Assembly (NCBI RefSeq): GCF_036365525.1
Contig: NC_090404.1
Coordinates: 43,471,544-43,535,543, forward strand
Reading direction: 5' to 3'
Origin: Heterodontus francisci
Lineage: Eukaryota
DNA: 64,000 nt
The notes beneath the pieces are model-generated. The model did no database searches. It saw nothing but the letters and a program-made list of their open reading frames with translations, and was not told the DNA's origin. A program made the position numbers and the translations under genes. This document shows, one piece after another, positions 1 through 12,744 of this stretch. Position 1 is the first letter of the stretch. Each line of letters opens with the position of its first letter.

Positions 1-704
1 GGATTCTCAGTAGGAACAGAGTGGGATGTATTTTGAGACAGGATGTCCCAGCTCTCCACCTTTAAAGGACAAGGTGAGGACCAGCTGGGCTGAGAGGTTT
101 TTCTTTTTGATATAACTGCAGTGCCTTGTTACCAAACTCACTGAGCTCATTATAGGCCGGGTGTGTTTGATTGGACAGTGTAGATGGATCTTTATTGTGT
201 ATGTAACCCATGCTATACCTGTCTTGGAGTTTTTACAGAGACAGTGTAGAGTGAGCTTTCCTCTGTATTCCAGCCAGAATCAGCACCTTCAGGAGAGGAA
301 CATAAGACCATCAATATAAAAGGAGTAGGTGAATTGCCCCTTCGAATCTGCTCTGCCTCTCAATAACATCATGGCTGCTCTTCTACCTCAACACCCATAT
401 CCCCATATTCATTGACATCCTTAATGTTGAAGAATCTGTCAATCTCTGACTATACTCAATAACTGCACATCACAGCCCGCTTGGGAGGGGGGGGGGGGTG
501 GAATTTTAATCCTTTCAGCAACTTTCTTCATATCAGCTCAGAATCTTCTCAAGGGCAATTCAGGATGGGCAACTAATTATGGCCTTGCCAGGGATGCCAC
601 ATATCCCATGAAAAAATAGAATAAATCCTAAAGACTGAACTCTCATTGTGAGACTGTGACTGCTAGTTCTAGACTCACCAGCCAGGAGAAACAACTTTAC
701 AGCA

Positions 705-2105
705 CAGAGTCATAGAGTTTTACAGCACAGAAACAGGCCCTTTGGCCCAATGCACCTGCACCGACCATCGAGCACTAATCCCAACTAATCCTAACTAATC
801 CCATTTCCCCACACTTGGCCCGTAGCTTTGTATGTTATGGCATTTCAAGTGCTCGTCTAAATAACGCTTGAATGTCATGAGTGTTCCTACCTCTACCATC
901 CCTTCAGGCAGTGTGTTCCAGGTTCCAACCACCCTCTGAGTGAAAATATTCTTCCTCAACTCCCCTCTAAACCTCCTGCCCATTACTTTAAATCTATGCC
1001 CCCTAGTTATTGACACCTCTGCTAAGGGAAAAAGTTTCTTCCTATCTATCCTATCAATGCCCCTCGTAATTTTGTATACCTCAATCAGGTCCCCCCTCAG
1101 CCTTCTCCGTTGCAAGGAAAACAACCCGAGCCTATCCAGTCTGTCTTCATAACTGAAATGCTCCAGCCCAGGCAACATCCTGGTGAATCTCCTCTGCACC
1201 CTCTCCGTTCCAAGCACATCCTTCCTATAGTGTGGTGCCTAGAACTGTACACAGTACTCCAGCTGTGGCCTAACCAGCATTTTATACAGCTCCATCATAA
1301 CCTCCCTGCTCTTATATTCTGTGCCTCGGCTAAGAAAGGCAAGTATCCCATATGCCTTCCTAACCACCTTATCTACCTTTGCTGCTGCCTTCAGTCATCT
1401 ATGGACAAGCACCCAAAGGTCACTCTGACCCTCTGTACTCCCTAGGGTCCTACCATCCATTGTATATTCCATTGCTTTGTTAGACCTCCTAAAGTGCATC
1501 ACCTCACACTTCTCAGTATTAAACTCCATTTGCCACGGCTCTGCCGATTTTACCAGCCCGCCTATGTCATCCTGTAGTCTAAGGTTTTCCTCCTCACTAT
1601 TTACGACATCCCCAATTTTTGTGTCATCTGCTAACTTACTGATCGTACCTCCTATATTCACGTCTAAATCATTAATGTACACTACAAACAGCAAGGGTCC
1701 CAGCACCGATCCCTGTGGTAAACCACTGGTCACAGACTTCCACTCACAGAAACAACCCTCAACCATCACCCTCTGCCTCTTGCCACTAAGTCAATTTTGG
1801 ATCCAATTTGGCAAATTACTCTGGATCCCATGGGCTTTTACTTTCTTAAGGTCCCACATGGGAGATTGTTTATCAAAAGCCTTACTGAAGTCCATGTAGA
1901 CTACATCAACTGCTTTACCCTCATTTACACCTCTAGTCACCTCCTCGAAAAATTCAATCATATTTGTTAGACACGATCTCCCCCTGACAAAGCCATGCTG
2001 ACTATCCCTGGTTAATCCCTGCCTCTCCAAGTGGAGATTAATCCAGTCTCTCAGAACTTTTTCCAATAATTTCCCTACCACTGATGTTGGACTCACCGGC
2101 CTGTG
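705..2105 (-). mobile_element. CR1-clade LINE, 5'-truncated (RT domain to 3' UTR/tail)
   Basis: Minus-strand ORFs 1791-2135, 1395-1769 and 795-1217 give consecutive CR1 RT motifs (RPVSPTSVVGKLLE, QHGFVRGRSCLTN, YMDFSKAFD, GLPQGSVLGP, ADDTK, RRLRGDLIEVYKI) broken by frameshifts. Confidence 0.95.
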
Positions 2106-2189
2106 TCCCAAATGGTTCCTCCCTCTTTTCAACATACCTCAGTTTCCTTTAAAGTTTTGTCCCTTGATGTTACAGTTTTTTAGTCTGTA

Positions 2190-2760
2190 TTTCCTCCAAA
2201 ACAGCTGGAAATGTGGCGGCCGTTAACCCCGGGCCTTTCACCGGGAGAAGCCCCGCAGCTGCTGCCCCGCTCGGTGCAAACGTGGCACCTGGAGCTTCTT
2301 ATTGAGGTTGTTGAGACCGACGCCGGGTGATTCTGAAGCCGGCCCGCCCGCCGGCTCCACCGCTCCTGTTGTACGCTTATTGAGCGCAAAAGTGCCCGCC
2401 ATCATTCACACTGCGCATGCTCCAAGTGCTGTTCGACACTGCGCCGGCGCACTGGTTTTCTGTCTTGTGAATAAGGGACATTCTCAACCGCGGGATACCT
2501 TGGGTAAACACTCCGTCATTGGACCCCAACCGAGGGGTGGAGCCAGAGGCAAGCACGCGACAGAGTGGTGAAGAGCAGCAGCGATTGAGTGGGGAACTGA
2601 ATGCGACGATTGAGGCTGCGATCGTGGCCATTGAGGGGATTTCGGTTTATTTCGCTGTTTTGTGTCAAATTGTCGATGAGGCTGAATTTGCGCTTGTACC
2701 AGTAGTGCGCCACCTAATGGTTGCATTTCAGCAAACGCGCGTCCTAAGTAAGTAATATTT
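2190..2760. promoter_or_regulatory. CpG-island-like promoter region
   Basis: Locally GC/CpG-rich in an otherwise CpG-depleted window; NRF1-like TGCGCATGCTC near 2412, GC boxes, YY1-like GATGGCGG on the minus strand at ~2397-2404. Confidence 0.6.
2242..2405 (-). CDS. Candidate first coding exon of an unidentified gene (MMAGTFALNKRTTGAVEPAGGPASESPGVGLNNLNKKLQVPRLHRAGQQLRGFS...)
   Basis: ATGATGGCG start inside the CpG island, open frame to a possible donor CG|GTGAAA at 2241; no protein homology recognised. Confidence 0.3.
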
Positions 2761-3544
2761 TAAGTGGTGCATCAATTGCTGCAGCTCCAATTGACGGGAT
2801 GCGATCATTGAGAAGGATGGCCTGAACCAATGACACCAACAGGTGGACTCGGAATTCTTGAAAAGTTTTGAAATTTTTGTCAATATTTATTGTTGGAATT
2901 TCATTCACATTCCAGTTTTTACACTGTTTATTCTGATCAAACAAGTCTTTATTTTGCTGAGTCGCTACATATAATGTAAATACCCTAGCTGTACAATCTT
3001 CTACCGAGGCAGTTAGATAAAGGAGGTGCAGTTTTGCTACCGCCATATAAATTCCTGGTTAGACCAGTCCTGGAATACTGTGTACAGCTCTGGACATGCC
3101 AATTTATAAAGGATACACATTGCCCTTGGAAACAAGGCAGCACGGATCCACCAGACTGTTTGCAGGTTTGGTTGGTTAGATTATGAGGCATATCCCTTAT
3201 AACAGTGAAACAACTGTTGGATTCCACCTGGTGCCGCACCTTCCTCTTAATTTCAAGGTGGAGAACGAAATTGATCAACAAAAGCCCAAGGGTGCAATGC
3301 ATTCGCCTGAATCATTAATAACATCATTCCCATCTTCCACTTCTTAGCTGCATCTCCTTTCAAACGTTACAATCCATCCTACACAGTATTTGGTCCAGGA
3401 TTAAATAATTAATGTTGATATATTAATATTTAGGCCATCATTTTAAGTGAGATTCTCATCAATATCCAAAACAAATTGAGTTGTAAACCTGATGTGCAAA
3501 CAATGGAAATCATGTCAGTATGAAAGACCAATCTCATGATTCAT

Positions 3545-4130
3545 AGCTGTACCCAACCAGCTCGTGCTTGCAAAACTCAAAACACAGTGTCCAACATTAG
3601 ATGTGATTCCGCAATTGTGCAACGTTTGCTAAATACTCCGCAGTGTGCTAAGAATTATGCTGACAACCAACTTAATATTGTCAGTAGGGCTCGCAGTGTG
3701 GCCCATTTGCGCGTACTGGAAGCTACATATATTAATACACAGGGCCCTGTTCTTTGCAGATGGAAAGAACATGTACAAACATTGCGCCTGTTTCAGTGGA
3801 ACAAAATGAGTGGCAGCCGTTTGCTGGTTCATTCCTTGGGGCAATGCTTTGACCAATCAACGTCGAACTGCCTGGTTTAAATTTCAAACAAAGCTTGACA
3901 GTAAACTATCAGTCACCGCAAGCTGGTGCATTCTCCATGGCAAAGCCTCTACCAATCAGAGTTCACTTGCTAACCAATCAGCACTCTCTTCTCATACCAT
4001 ATAAGTTGTTGTTTTCCCTTACATTGGTTATTCTTGTGGATTGTCCCGATGAGTGTATGATGAAAAGCTTTGACATCACGTCTCTATTTTCAGCAATTTT
4101 CAAGTTCTGTACAACTAAGCAACTAGAAAC
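3545..4130 (+). mobile_element. Penelope-like retroelement 3' fragment (GIY-YIG endonuclease C-terminus and pseudo-LTR)
   Basis: ORF 3536-3880 SAIVQRLLNTPQCAKNY...IVSRARSVAHLRVLEATYINTQGPVLCRWKE matches the PLE endonuclease C-terminal pattern; it is followed by repeated CCAATCA motifs and a degenerate hammerhead core. Confidence 0.8.
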
Positions 4131-4134
4131 ACCG

Positions 4135-5285
4135 AATTGTTGCAGTGCAGAAGGAGGCCATTCGGCCCATCGTGTCTGCACTGGCTCTCTGAAGCAGCAA
4201 GTCCCTCAGTTCCATTCCCCTGCCTTCTCCCCATAACCTTGCATATTCTTCCTTTTCATATAACTGTCATATTCCCTTTTGAATGCTTCAATTGAACCTG
4301 CCTCGACCACACTCTCAGGCAATGCATTCCAGACCTTAACCATTCGCTGCATGAAAAAGTTTTTCCTCATGTCACTTTTGCTTCTCTTACCAAATACTTT
4401 AACTTCGTGCCCTTTCGTTCTCGATCCTTTCACGAATGGGAGCAGTTTCTCTCTATCCACTCTGTCCAGACCCCTCATGATTTTGAATACCTCTATCAAA
4501 TCACCTCACAGCTTCCTCTTCGCCAAGGAAAACAGTCCTAACTTCTCCAATCTATCTTCATAACTGAAATTCCTCATCCCTGGAACCAATCTCGTGAATC
4601 TTTTTTCTGTACTCTCTCCAATGCCCTTACATCTTTCCGAAAGTGCGGTACCCAGAATTGGATGCAATACTCCAGCTGAGGCCAAACCAGTGTCTTTTGA
4701 ACGTTCAACATAACTTCCTTACTCTTGTACTCTATGCCCCTATTAATAAAGCCCAGAATACTGGATGCTTTATAAACCACGCTCTCAACCTGTCCTGCCA
4801 CCTTCAATGACTTATATACATATACACCTAGGTCCCTCTTCTCCTGCATCCCCTTTAGAATTGTCCACTTTATTCTATATTGTCTCTCCATGTTCTTCCC
4901 ACTTAAATGAATCACTTCACATTCCTCTGTATTGAACTTCATCTGCCAACTGTCTGCCCATTCCACCAACTTGTCTTGTCCTTTTTGAAGTTCTACACTA
5001 TTCTTCACACAGTTCACAATGCTTCCAAGTTTTGTATCTTCTGCAAACTTTGAAATTGTGCCCTATACTGCAAGGTGTAGGTCATGAATATAATCAGGAA
5101 AAGCAAGGGTCCCAACACTGATCCCTGGAGAACTCCACTACAAACCTTTCTCCAGCCCGAAAAACATCCATTAACCACTATTCCTCGTTTCATGTCACTT
5201 TCGTACCCATGTTGCTACTGTCCCTTTTATTCTTGAGCTCCAAGTTTGCTCACAAGTTTGTTGTGTGGTACTGTATCAAATGCCA
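4135..5285 (-). mobile_element. CR1 LINE 3' fragment
   Basis: ORFs 4574-5017 and 4206-4499 (WQMKFNTEECEVIH, ILGFINRGIEYKSKEVML, VWNALPESVVEAGS). Confidence 0.93.
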
Positions 5286-5365
5286 ACTATTTTAAACTAT
5301 TGTTACCCCATTTACAATCGTACATCATCAGCATTGGGTTTTGCCTGGAAAGAAACATAATTATA

Positions 5366-6270
5366 TGTTATGTCTGAGGCGGGAGGAGTGCACTGTTCAT
5401 TGAGGTTCCACTTCTCCATGGGTCACAACATATGTTTAATTTTTTCCCTCTTAACTGGTACAGTCAATCACAGATGCTATTTTTCTCCCAGAATAAAACA
5501 CACAAATCAGGTTTCTTTAATAAGCAACAAAAATATCAGTTTATTATAAAATGAAATGTCTTACTCAGTAATGAAGTAAAGCATAAACCCATAGATTGAA
5601 ATATCAAAGTTCCCTTTTTACCGAAGCACCTCAAACCCAGACAAACACATACACCCATTAACCGGAATAAATAAAGGTATTTTTTGTTTTTATAGCTCTT
5701 TTACAGGCAAAAGAAACACTTGGGCTGAAAACCTGCTTGTTCTTGAAGGAATAAAAGATTGAGATATGTTGTGTTCCAAAACTGGCATGCAGTCTGGCCT
5801 CCGGGGGTGGGTCACCGGGATCTTTTAGAACCGTTCTTTTCAGGCAGCATTGAGAATTAATTTAGCTGGTTTTTGTTCAAAGACAGGAGACGAGATGAGT
5901 TGACACAGTGGACTCAGAACAGTTCAAAAGGGAAACCAACCTTTTGACCGCCATCAATCCTGGCCTGTCACTTCTTTGTAAACAACTTCTCCAGGTCTTC
6001 AAAGTTGTCTCTTGTTTATTGAGCTGGAAGTCAGCTGGTTTCCCAGAAAGGCTTGTTGTTAGTGCTGGAAGTCAGATGGCTTCACGGAAAGGCTTGTTTT
6101 CCTCAAAAGACCTCTCAGCATCACTTTTAAAAGAAAAATATTCCCAAGGACTGTTTTTCAAAGCCTTTACATGACTCCCCTTTGAAAACCCCCAAGTTTA
6201 GCATTTTTTCAATCTTTCAAAAATGAACTCTCAAAGAGAAATAACAACACACAGAGGCACTTTTGTAACA
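5366..6270. mobile_element. Probable solo LTR / LTR-type repeat
   Basis: Bounded by inverted termini TGTTA...TAACA, non-coding, ~900 bp; no TSD seen. Confidence 0.4.
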
Positions 6271-6759
6271 GCAGCAAGAGAAAATGATCAGAGTAACAAT
6301 CGAACACAGGATAACTGTCAAAATACACACAAAAGCTATGTCAAGAAAGCTGTTAAGTCTCGGTCTCCATCAAGCTACATTGTGACAAGATCAGGTCGAA
6401 TCAGCAGACCACCTTGTACGTTTCAGAGACACTTGATTCATGTTTAACTATATATTTTAAAGTTATTTCATTCCATCATGTGCATAGTTGTCTTTTGTGT
6501 ATCTCCATGTTTGGAATGGAGGATGTTGTGATATCACTTTGCCAGTGTAAATCTATACACAGCATCACAGAAACTGATGTCACAACAGCATGTGATCAGT
6601 TAGTTGGAGTTGAAGAAGACACCTGGTCACACGTGTAAGACAAGCTCTCCTGTAAGTGTGTTCCAACAGCAATAAATAACTCACAGTTTATGGACATTCA
6701 AATGAAGATTGCTGGTTTCCTTATTGCTATATTTAAAAGCAATAAACAAAAGACCACCA
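6271..6759 (+). mobile_element. Gypsy LTR retrotransposon 3' end with 3' LTR (6524-6759)
   Basis: IVTRSGRISRPP motif typical of Gypsy pol/integrase C-termini, purine tract GGAATGGAGGA, then a TGTTG...CA LTR with AATAAA; the LTR resembles the one at 14312-14556. Confidence 0.65.
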
Positions 6760-8150
6760 GGGAATTGACACACGTGCTTTTCCTGTTCCTTCACGTCAGT
6801 CTATTTTCACCACAAACATGTTTCTTGTGCAAAATGGCCTGTTTGGTTTGAATGGAAATGATTTATCCAGCCAATGACAGCATCGAGTGATGAAGGCATG
6901 AGCATAAAATAGACAGTGAGATGAAATAGTACCACAAGCTGCGGAGATGCAAGTTTCAATTTCTAAAATGGACCAAGCTAATTAATATGGCTCCTGTGAA
7001 ATGTGCAAGGCAATCGTACACCAATAGAACCAACTGGCTCACATCAAATTCTGACACTTTCATGTGGCATCTCCTTCTGCTTCTGTCACTGTCTTTCCTC
7101 CAGCTCCCGCTGCTTCTCCAGCTCCCAGGCGAATTAGCTGCTTGATGTGAACACATCGAATTCATAAAACACAGGTTTCCCTGGAAAGCAGGAAGTGAGA
7201 ATGAAAGATGCAGCCTATTGAGAAGCGATAAATTGTGCAGTTAACTGGATAAATACGCACCAGAATCTTATATTCCTGCTTCTTCCAGATACTGAATACA
7301 TGAATGTTCAAGATTTGTTCCCATTAGCAATTATCCAGTCACACACTTCCTCCAATCCTTTACACGTTGCTTAGATTTCAAACTGTGCATATTTTCTCAC
7401 AGGTTTTCAATGTGAAGAAAGCAGAGCTATGAGAAGCTAATGTTGTTCAGCAGATGTAGTGAAAGAAGATACCAAACAGGCCGATGATAACAGTGAATGT
7501 TTTGTTGAGTTGAGCTGCAGTAAAGGGTTGGCACCACTTAAAATGTCATTCAGCAGGTCGGGTTCCAAATCTGGTGATAAAAATGATAAGAACATTTCTC
7601 GCTGCATTTCCTCAGTGTCATGAGGTCAAAAGACAAGGAAACAAGTTAAGAAAGTGTATTTGACTGAAATGGATTGTAAGATGGCAGAATGACAGTGAAG
7701 GCAGCAGCAGTGGTGTTGAGAAACAGACAATTATAGAAAGGTACAGCACAGAAGGAGGCCATTCGACCCAGTGTGGTTTTTTGACAGCGCTGTTGTGATT
7801 GGTTGATCAGGAGTGATATTTGTGCCAGTTTGAACAACAGGCAGAAAAATCTATCCCATCACCATTTTCCTTGCCCCATCATCCCTTTTATCAGTCCATC
7901 ACTCCATGTTCTAACTTCTCACAGCCCTTCACGTGTTCACTTTCATTCTCCTTGCTCTGTCTCTGTAATTGTCATTGAACTGTTACATCTCTGATCGCCC
8001 CACCAGCTTTGATGAATAATCACTGACCTGGGGCTTTAATTGTGCTTCTCTCTCCACAGCTAACGCTTGAGATACTGAGAATTTTCTGCTTTTATTTAAC
8101 ACGTAAGTCATGTTTATGAGAGTCGTCATCGCAGCAAGATCTTATATTTT

Positions 8151-8220
8151 TTCCATTCAGGAATCGAACCGAGGCCATGGTAGTATAAGCATTAAGTCCT
8201 AACCACTCGACCACGAGTGA
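8151..8220 (-). pseudogene. tRNA-Glu-derived pseudogene
   Basis: Reverse complement TCACTCGTGGTCGAGTGGTTAGGACT...GGCCTCGGTTCGATTCCTGAATGGAA aligns with vertebrate tRNA-Glu (TCCCTGGTGGTCTAGTGGTTAGGATT...GGCCCGGGTTCGATTCCCGGTCAGGGAA); stems and anticodon degraded. Confidence 0.65.
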
Positions 8221-9687
8221 AGCCCCCTCAAGTTAGCTGCTTTTCCAATTTCTTCACTTTCAGCAGGAAATTCCTCTGATTCTTTGAAGATTCGAGTTCT
8301 GCCGTGGTCATTTTACACAAGAAATCTGGTTCAATGTAATGAAACCAAACCACATCCCCACTCATTCACTGAAGGTTTCAGTTCCTTCAAAACCTTGCAA
8401 GGATCTTTCTTAAAATACTTGTTAGTGGTTGTCTTCAGTGTTTGTTTCTCATCCATTTTTACCTTTAGTTTTGTTTCTAACAAATGCACAATATCTAATT
8501 GACAATGATAAATGTGAACATTTCCAATTAGCAAGATGAGCTTTGCATCAAACAGTTCAATGGATTGAAACGAATGCCTGCTTGAGTGGTGAACAAGTCA
8601 GTGATCTCCTCAGACAGCCAACTCAGGAAAAATTACAAAAAATCTCGCTGTGAGCTGGGTGTGAACTGGCACATTCCATCCACTTTAATTTTTCAAACAA
8701 GACAATTATGTGGTATTTCACCAGATGCCTTTTGAAAGTCCATTTACACAACATCAACCACACTACCACTAGCCTCATCAACTTTCTCCGTTACTTCATC
8801 AAAAAACACGTATCATGAGAAAAGCAGCAACTGCCAGTAAAAAAAAAACCCAGTTCCTCTGTTCCCATCCCTTGTCTAAGAAGATTCCCCAAAGAAATAT
8901 AATCAACAACCCGCCGCTGTCCTTCCAAAGGCCAGCCCTGCTTTTGTAGCGTGTGTCTGCCGAGCGGTCACTCAGACCTAAATGTACAGACTGAGTTCAA
9001 GGTCCAAATGAACATTGGTGTGAATGGAACATGTGCAACCTAGAAACAGCGGTGGTAACTGAGCCATATTAAAGGCTTTAAGAACATGAAACTCAATGAA
9101 TACTACAGTCAGCTAAGCTGCAGTAAAATGAAATGGAAGCAAGTCAATATTAATAGTGGAAGGAATAATCTGAGAGAAGAGGCGGGTTTGAACGTGGAAA
9201 GTGAAGCACAGGCGTCTGTAAGGGCGATGATGTAAAAGGAGTCAATAGTTTTTTTTTCATCTAGAAGAAATACATTTTCATGGAGTAAAGTTTGGTTATT
9301 TGCTGCATTCCATTAGCAGGTGCTGTTATGTATTGATTGCAGTATAGGTCCAGTAGAGAGTCGCAGGAGTTTTTGTAGTGCTAAATAATAACTCGTTTAT
9401 TATATACATATAATTATTTACACTCTCCACAAGCCTGTCCAGCTAGTACACCTCGTGCTGCTTCTACCTTCTTCCAAGCCGAACTCCCAAGTGACTATAA
9501 CATCAGTAACACTAAAGTGGGAGGGCTTCATTCCCGCTGTCTGAACATTAACTCTTTCAGGCCCTTATACTGCAGGTGCAGCAGCAAGTTTAAGAAATCA
9601 AGTAAGCTCTGTCTTGATTTGGTTTGACTCGGTGTTGCTGCGACCACAATACAGTGTATTCATCAGTCACAGTCCCATCGAATCACA

Positions 9688-10032
9688 GGGGCGGCACAGT
9701 GGCGCAGTGTTTAGCACCGCAGCCTCACAGCTCCAGCGACCCGGGTTCAATTCTGGGTACTGCCTGCGTGGAGTTTGCAAGTTCTCCCTGTGTCTGCGTG
9801 GGTTTCCTCCGGGTGCTCTTGTTTCCTCCCACATGCCAGAGACTTACAGGTTGATAGGTTATTTGGCCATTATAAATTGCCCCTAGTATGGGTAGGTGGT
9901 TGGGAAATATAGGGACAGGTGAGGATGTGATAGGAATATGGAATTAGTGTATGATTATTATAAATGGGTTGTTGACGGTCGGCACAGACCCGCAGGGCCT
10001 GTTTCAGTGCTGTATCTCTAAACTAAACTAAA
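9688..10032 (+). mobile_element. tRNA-derived V-SINE (HE1-like), near full length
   Basis: tRNA head GGCACAGTGGCGCAGTG...GGGTTCAATTC, V-core (GGAGTTTGCAAGTTCTCCC...GCGTGGGTTTCCTCCGGGTGCTC), CR1-like tail and (CTAAA)n end. Confidence 0.9.
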
Positions 10033-10166
10033 TCAGTTGTGATAGTCTGACACAGATCACTGCAATGCTCGTTAGAGAAATATATAATATCTCTCCACAA
10101 AAGCTGCTGAAAAATTCCAACATTTTCAGCTTTTATGTTAGTCTTTGCACTTTATAACATGATGTA

Positions 10167-10247
10167 TAGTAGCATTGGGATTGGAACCCCCATCCCTCAA
10201 AGAACCAGTACAGAAACCCACCTCTTGAAACCACACTAACACAGCTT
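10167..10247 (-). pseudogene. Highly degenerate tRNA-Leu/Ser-like pseudogene
   Basis: Reverse complement ends GGGGTTCCAATCCCAATGCTACTA (B-box plus a Leu-like acceptor 3' strand); length fits a long-variable-arm tRNA. Confidence 0.3.
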
Positions 10248-10366
10248 CACTTGCAGTACTGATGACTGGTAATTGAAAGCGAGCTTTCTTGTTGTGTGCT
10301 CTCTGAGTCCAGTGTTTTGTAATGAGAATGAAGGAAATAAGAGAGTTTTCCAAGTCATGTTCTAAT

Positions 10367-10514
10367 GACGATATGACTGAGAGGTTCAGTCGGCGGACCA
10401 CGAATCCATTATACCCTGAATTGCATCCACATTGTTATTGTGTTTAAGACTTGATGCGTTTCTTCCTTTTGTCAACACATACAAGATTCCTGCATCCGAG
10501 TCCCATCCTTCCCC
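10367..10514 (+). pseudogene. tRNA-Ser(GCT)-derived pseudogene, interrupted
   Basis: 10367-10418 GACGATATGACTGAGAGGTTCAGTCGGCGGACCACGAATCCATTATACCCTG aligns without gaps to the tRNA-Ser(GCT) 5' part (GACGAGGTGGCCGAGTGGTTAAGGCGATGGACTGCTAATCCATTGTGCTCTG); a possible 3' part CCGAGTCCCATCCT lies at ~10496. Confidence 0.55.
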
Positions 10515-12199
10515 AGGCCGCAGTGGGGGAGTTATACATTGCTGCCTTATTCTGTTTGCTCAAATCTACAATGCCATAATTTCCACTCAAACTGTTCCTT
10601 GCACGGAGGTGCAGAGTGTAAGATCTGAGCTATGTGAAGTATCAAAGTGTATAATTGTGTCCTGGCGAAAGGAATTTCTCTCCACAGATGCTGGCTGATC
10701 TGCTGAATGTTTCCAGCATTGTCAGTTTTTAATTTTATGCTTTCATGATAACAGTTTGTTTTTACTTACCTCAAGGGTGCAGCTCCAGGTACAACTATTC
10801 TGTGCTCTTCTCACACACAAGTTTGCTCTTTATTTTCCAGCACACGCTGTAAAGTCAGCCGTTTTGATCACACCAGTCTGTGCCATGGCTTTCAAATGCC
10901 TTTTCTCATAATTTCAGGGAGTCCAAGTGTTTCTTAGTGAATCCAAAAGAACACATGGATCACTGAGGCTGTGAGGGAATATAAGGGGTTAATACTTATT
11001 CAGGGGATCTGAAATATATGAGTGTGTACCAGTGAGAGTAAGGGACTCTCAGAGTATATCAAAGAAATAGAGCGTATTAGAGATCATGAGCTTAAGGAGA
11101 ATCAAAGTGTCTAAGTAATTCTGGAGATGTATCGCATCGGGTAAATAATGCTTGGGATGTATCGGATAGAATAATGAACACCCAGGATGATTCAGATATG
11201 ATAAGGAATGCTCAGGAAACATCAGTTTGGGGTTAAGGACATTCAGACATGTACAGAATAAACTCACAGGTAATGACAGCAAAATGACCACAATATTGAA
11301 TAATGAATTTACCTCTGTTGTGGGACAACTCAACCACAACACGAGGAGACTCGGGCACAGATTTAATCGAGGTAATACTCCAACTTTACATCCAGGAGCA
11401 CAAAATTATAATCACTGCACCACCACTGTGTTCAAACAACGGATGATTGATATGATTGACATTAAACTTTAATGAAAACAATGGTGATTGATTACATATT
11501 CCAATGAGCACATTTCCTCAGTCTTATCAATACACATACCAGATATCTCCAAACTGTTGTCAACTGTTTGTCTTTTATCTCTTTGTTTCCCCCTTATACC
11601 AACATTCCACAGAAATGGTTGATTTCAGGGGCACGAGGCCCCGCCCCCCCTCCCCCCTCCGGCTCTCGCCTTGATCCCTTATCCTAACCTTCGCCCCAGC
11701 AGCTTGTTTGTTCTATTCTATTCCAAAACTGATCATTAAATTCAGCTGAGATGTATTTCTAATTCTCACTTTGTTTCTACTTAAGGAAGTATTTATCAGT
11801 TCCCACTCCAGATGTCTCTAGCCTGGGTCTATTTTTTGTTTCACATTAATCCAAACATTCCATAGTTGAATTTGTTTATTGTAAAGTCTGTACAGATCCC
11901 AGCCTTCAACCTTTACTCCCTAATCCTGGAACAGCTTGTCTGTCTTTCTCCCATCCTTATTTATTCGGCTGGGCTGCCTTTCTAATATATTGCTTAATTC
12001 TGCTTAACCCTTTCACCTCTATATTTGTCAGGGACACTAACAGGGTAGACATGACGTTGCAAGATGAGAGCAACAAAGCAATGAAGACATTGATGATAAA
12101 AAGGGAGAGATCGTTCACAATTCAATAAACTAGAGAAAGTAAAACCTCTGTGCTCGATGGTACAAAGGAGGAGATGGCAGAGGCACGATATATAAATGG

Positions 12200-12390
12200 A
12201 GAGACTTGCATTTATATAGCGCCTTTCATGACATCAGGACATCCAATGAAGTACTCTTGAATGTAATCGTTGTTGTAAATTAAGAAACGTGGCAGCCAAT
12301 TTGTGCACAGCAAGATCCCACAAACAGCAATGTGGTAATGACCAGATCATCTGTTTTCCTTTTAAGTGATACTGACTGAGGGATAAATGA
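12200..12390 (-). mobile_element. DeuSINE-like (SacSINE1/AmnSINE-related) 3' fragment
   Basis: Reverse complement of the tail GACTTGCATTTATATAGCGCCTTTCA...GCAGCCAATTTGTGCACAGCAAGATCCCACAAACAGCAATG; matches copies at 31866 and 45712. Confidence 0.75.
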
Positions 12391-12744
12391 CAAACCCTCA
12401 CTTCTCACCATTTCTGCAAGAGACAGTCAATTAGACCAGTTTTAGAAACCGTGCTGGACAGGTAGATCACAGATAGATTTTGAAATATTTCACTCTGATG
12501 GCTCAGAATCGAGCAACTCCTTTTCCTCTTCAGTAAAGAGACACCGGCAGGCGGCTCCCAGACACAGCTCAGGCCGGGACCGGCAACTCTCCACCAGTAG
12601 TAGCTGGATTAGGGAGCAGGGCTCCTGAGCTGTTGTTGAGGTGGTTTGGCTGCTGCTGCTGCTTCCACCTCTCACACTCTGAGAGCCCCGGTGGTGATCT
12701 GTACTGAGCTCAGTCCCAGGGCTGAGCTTTACCTTCTTCGTGTG

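Noticed and set aside
940-1899. Plus-strand ORFs of 70-140 aa overlapping CR1 (also 51508-52106 on minus, and similar)
   Set aside because: Antisense shadows of LINE RT coding sequence, not independent genes.
10763-10800. TACTTACCT resembling the U1 snRNA 5' end
   Set aside because: No further U1 similarity; it is simply the complement of a splice-donor-like word.
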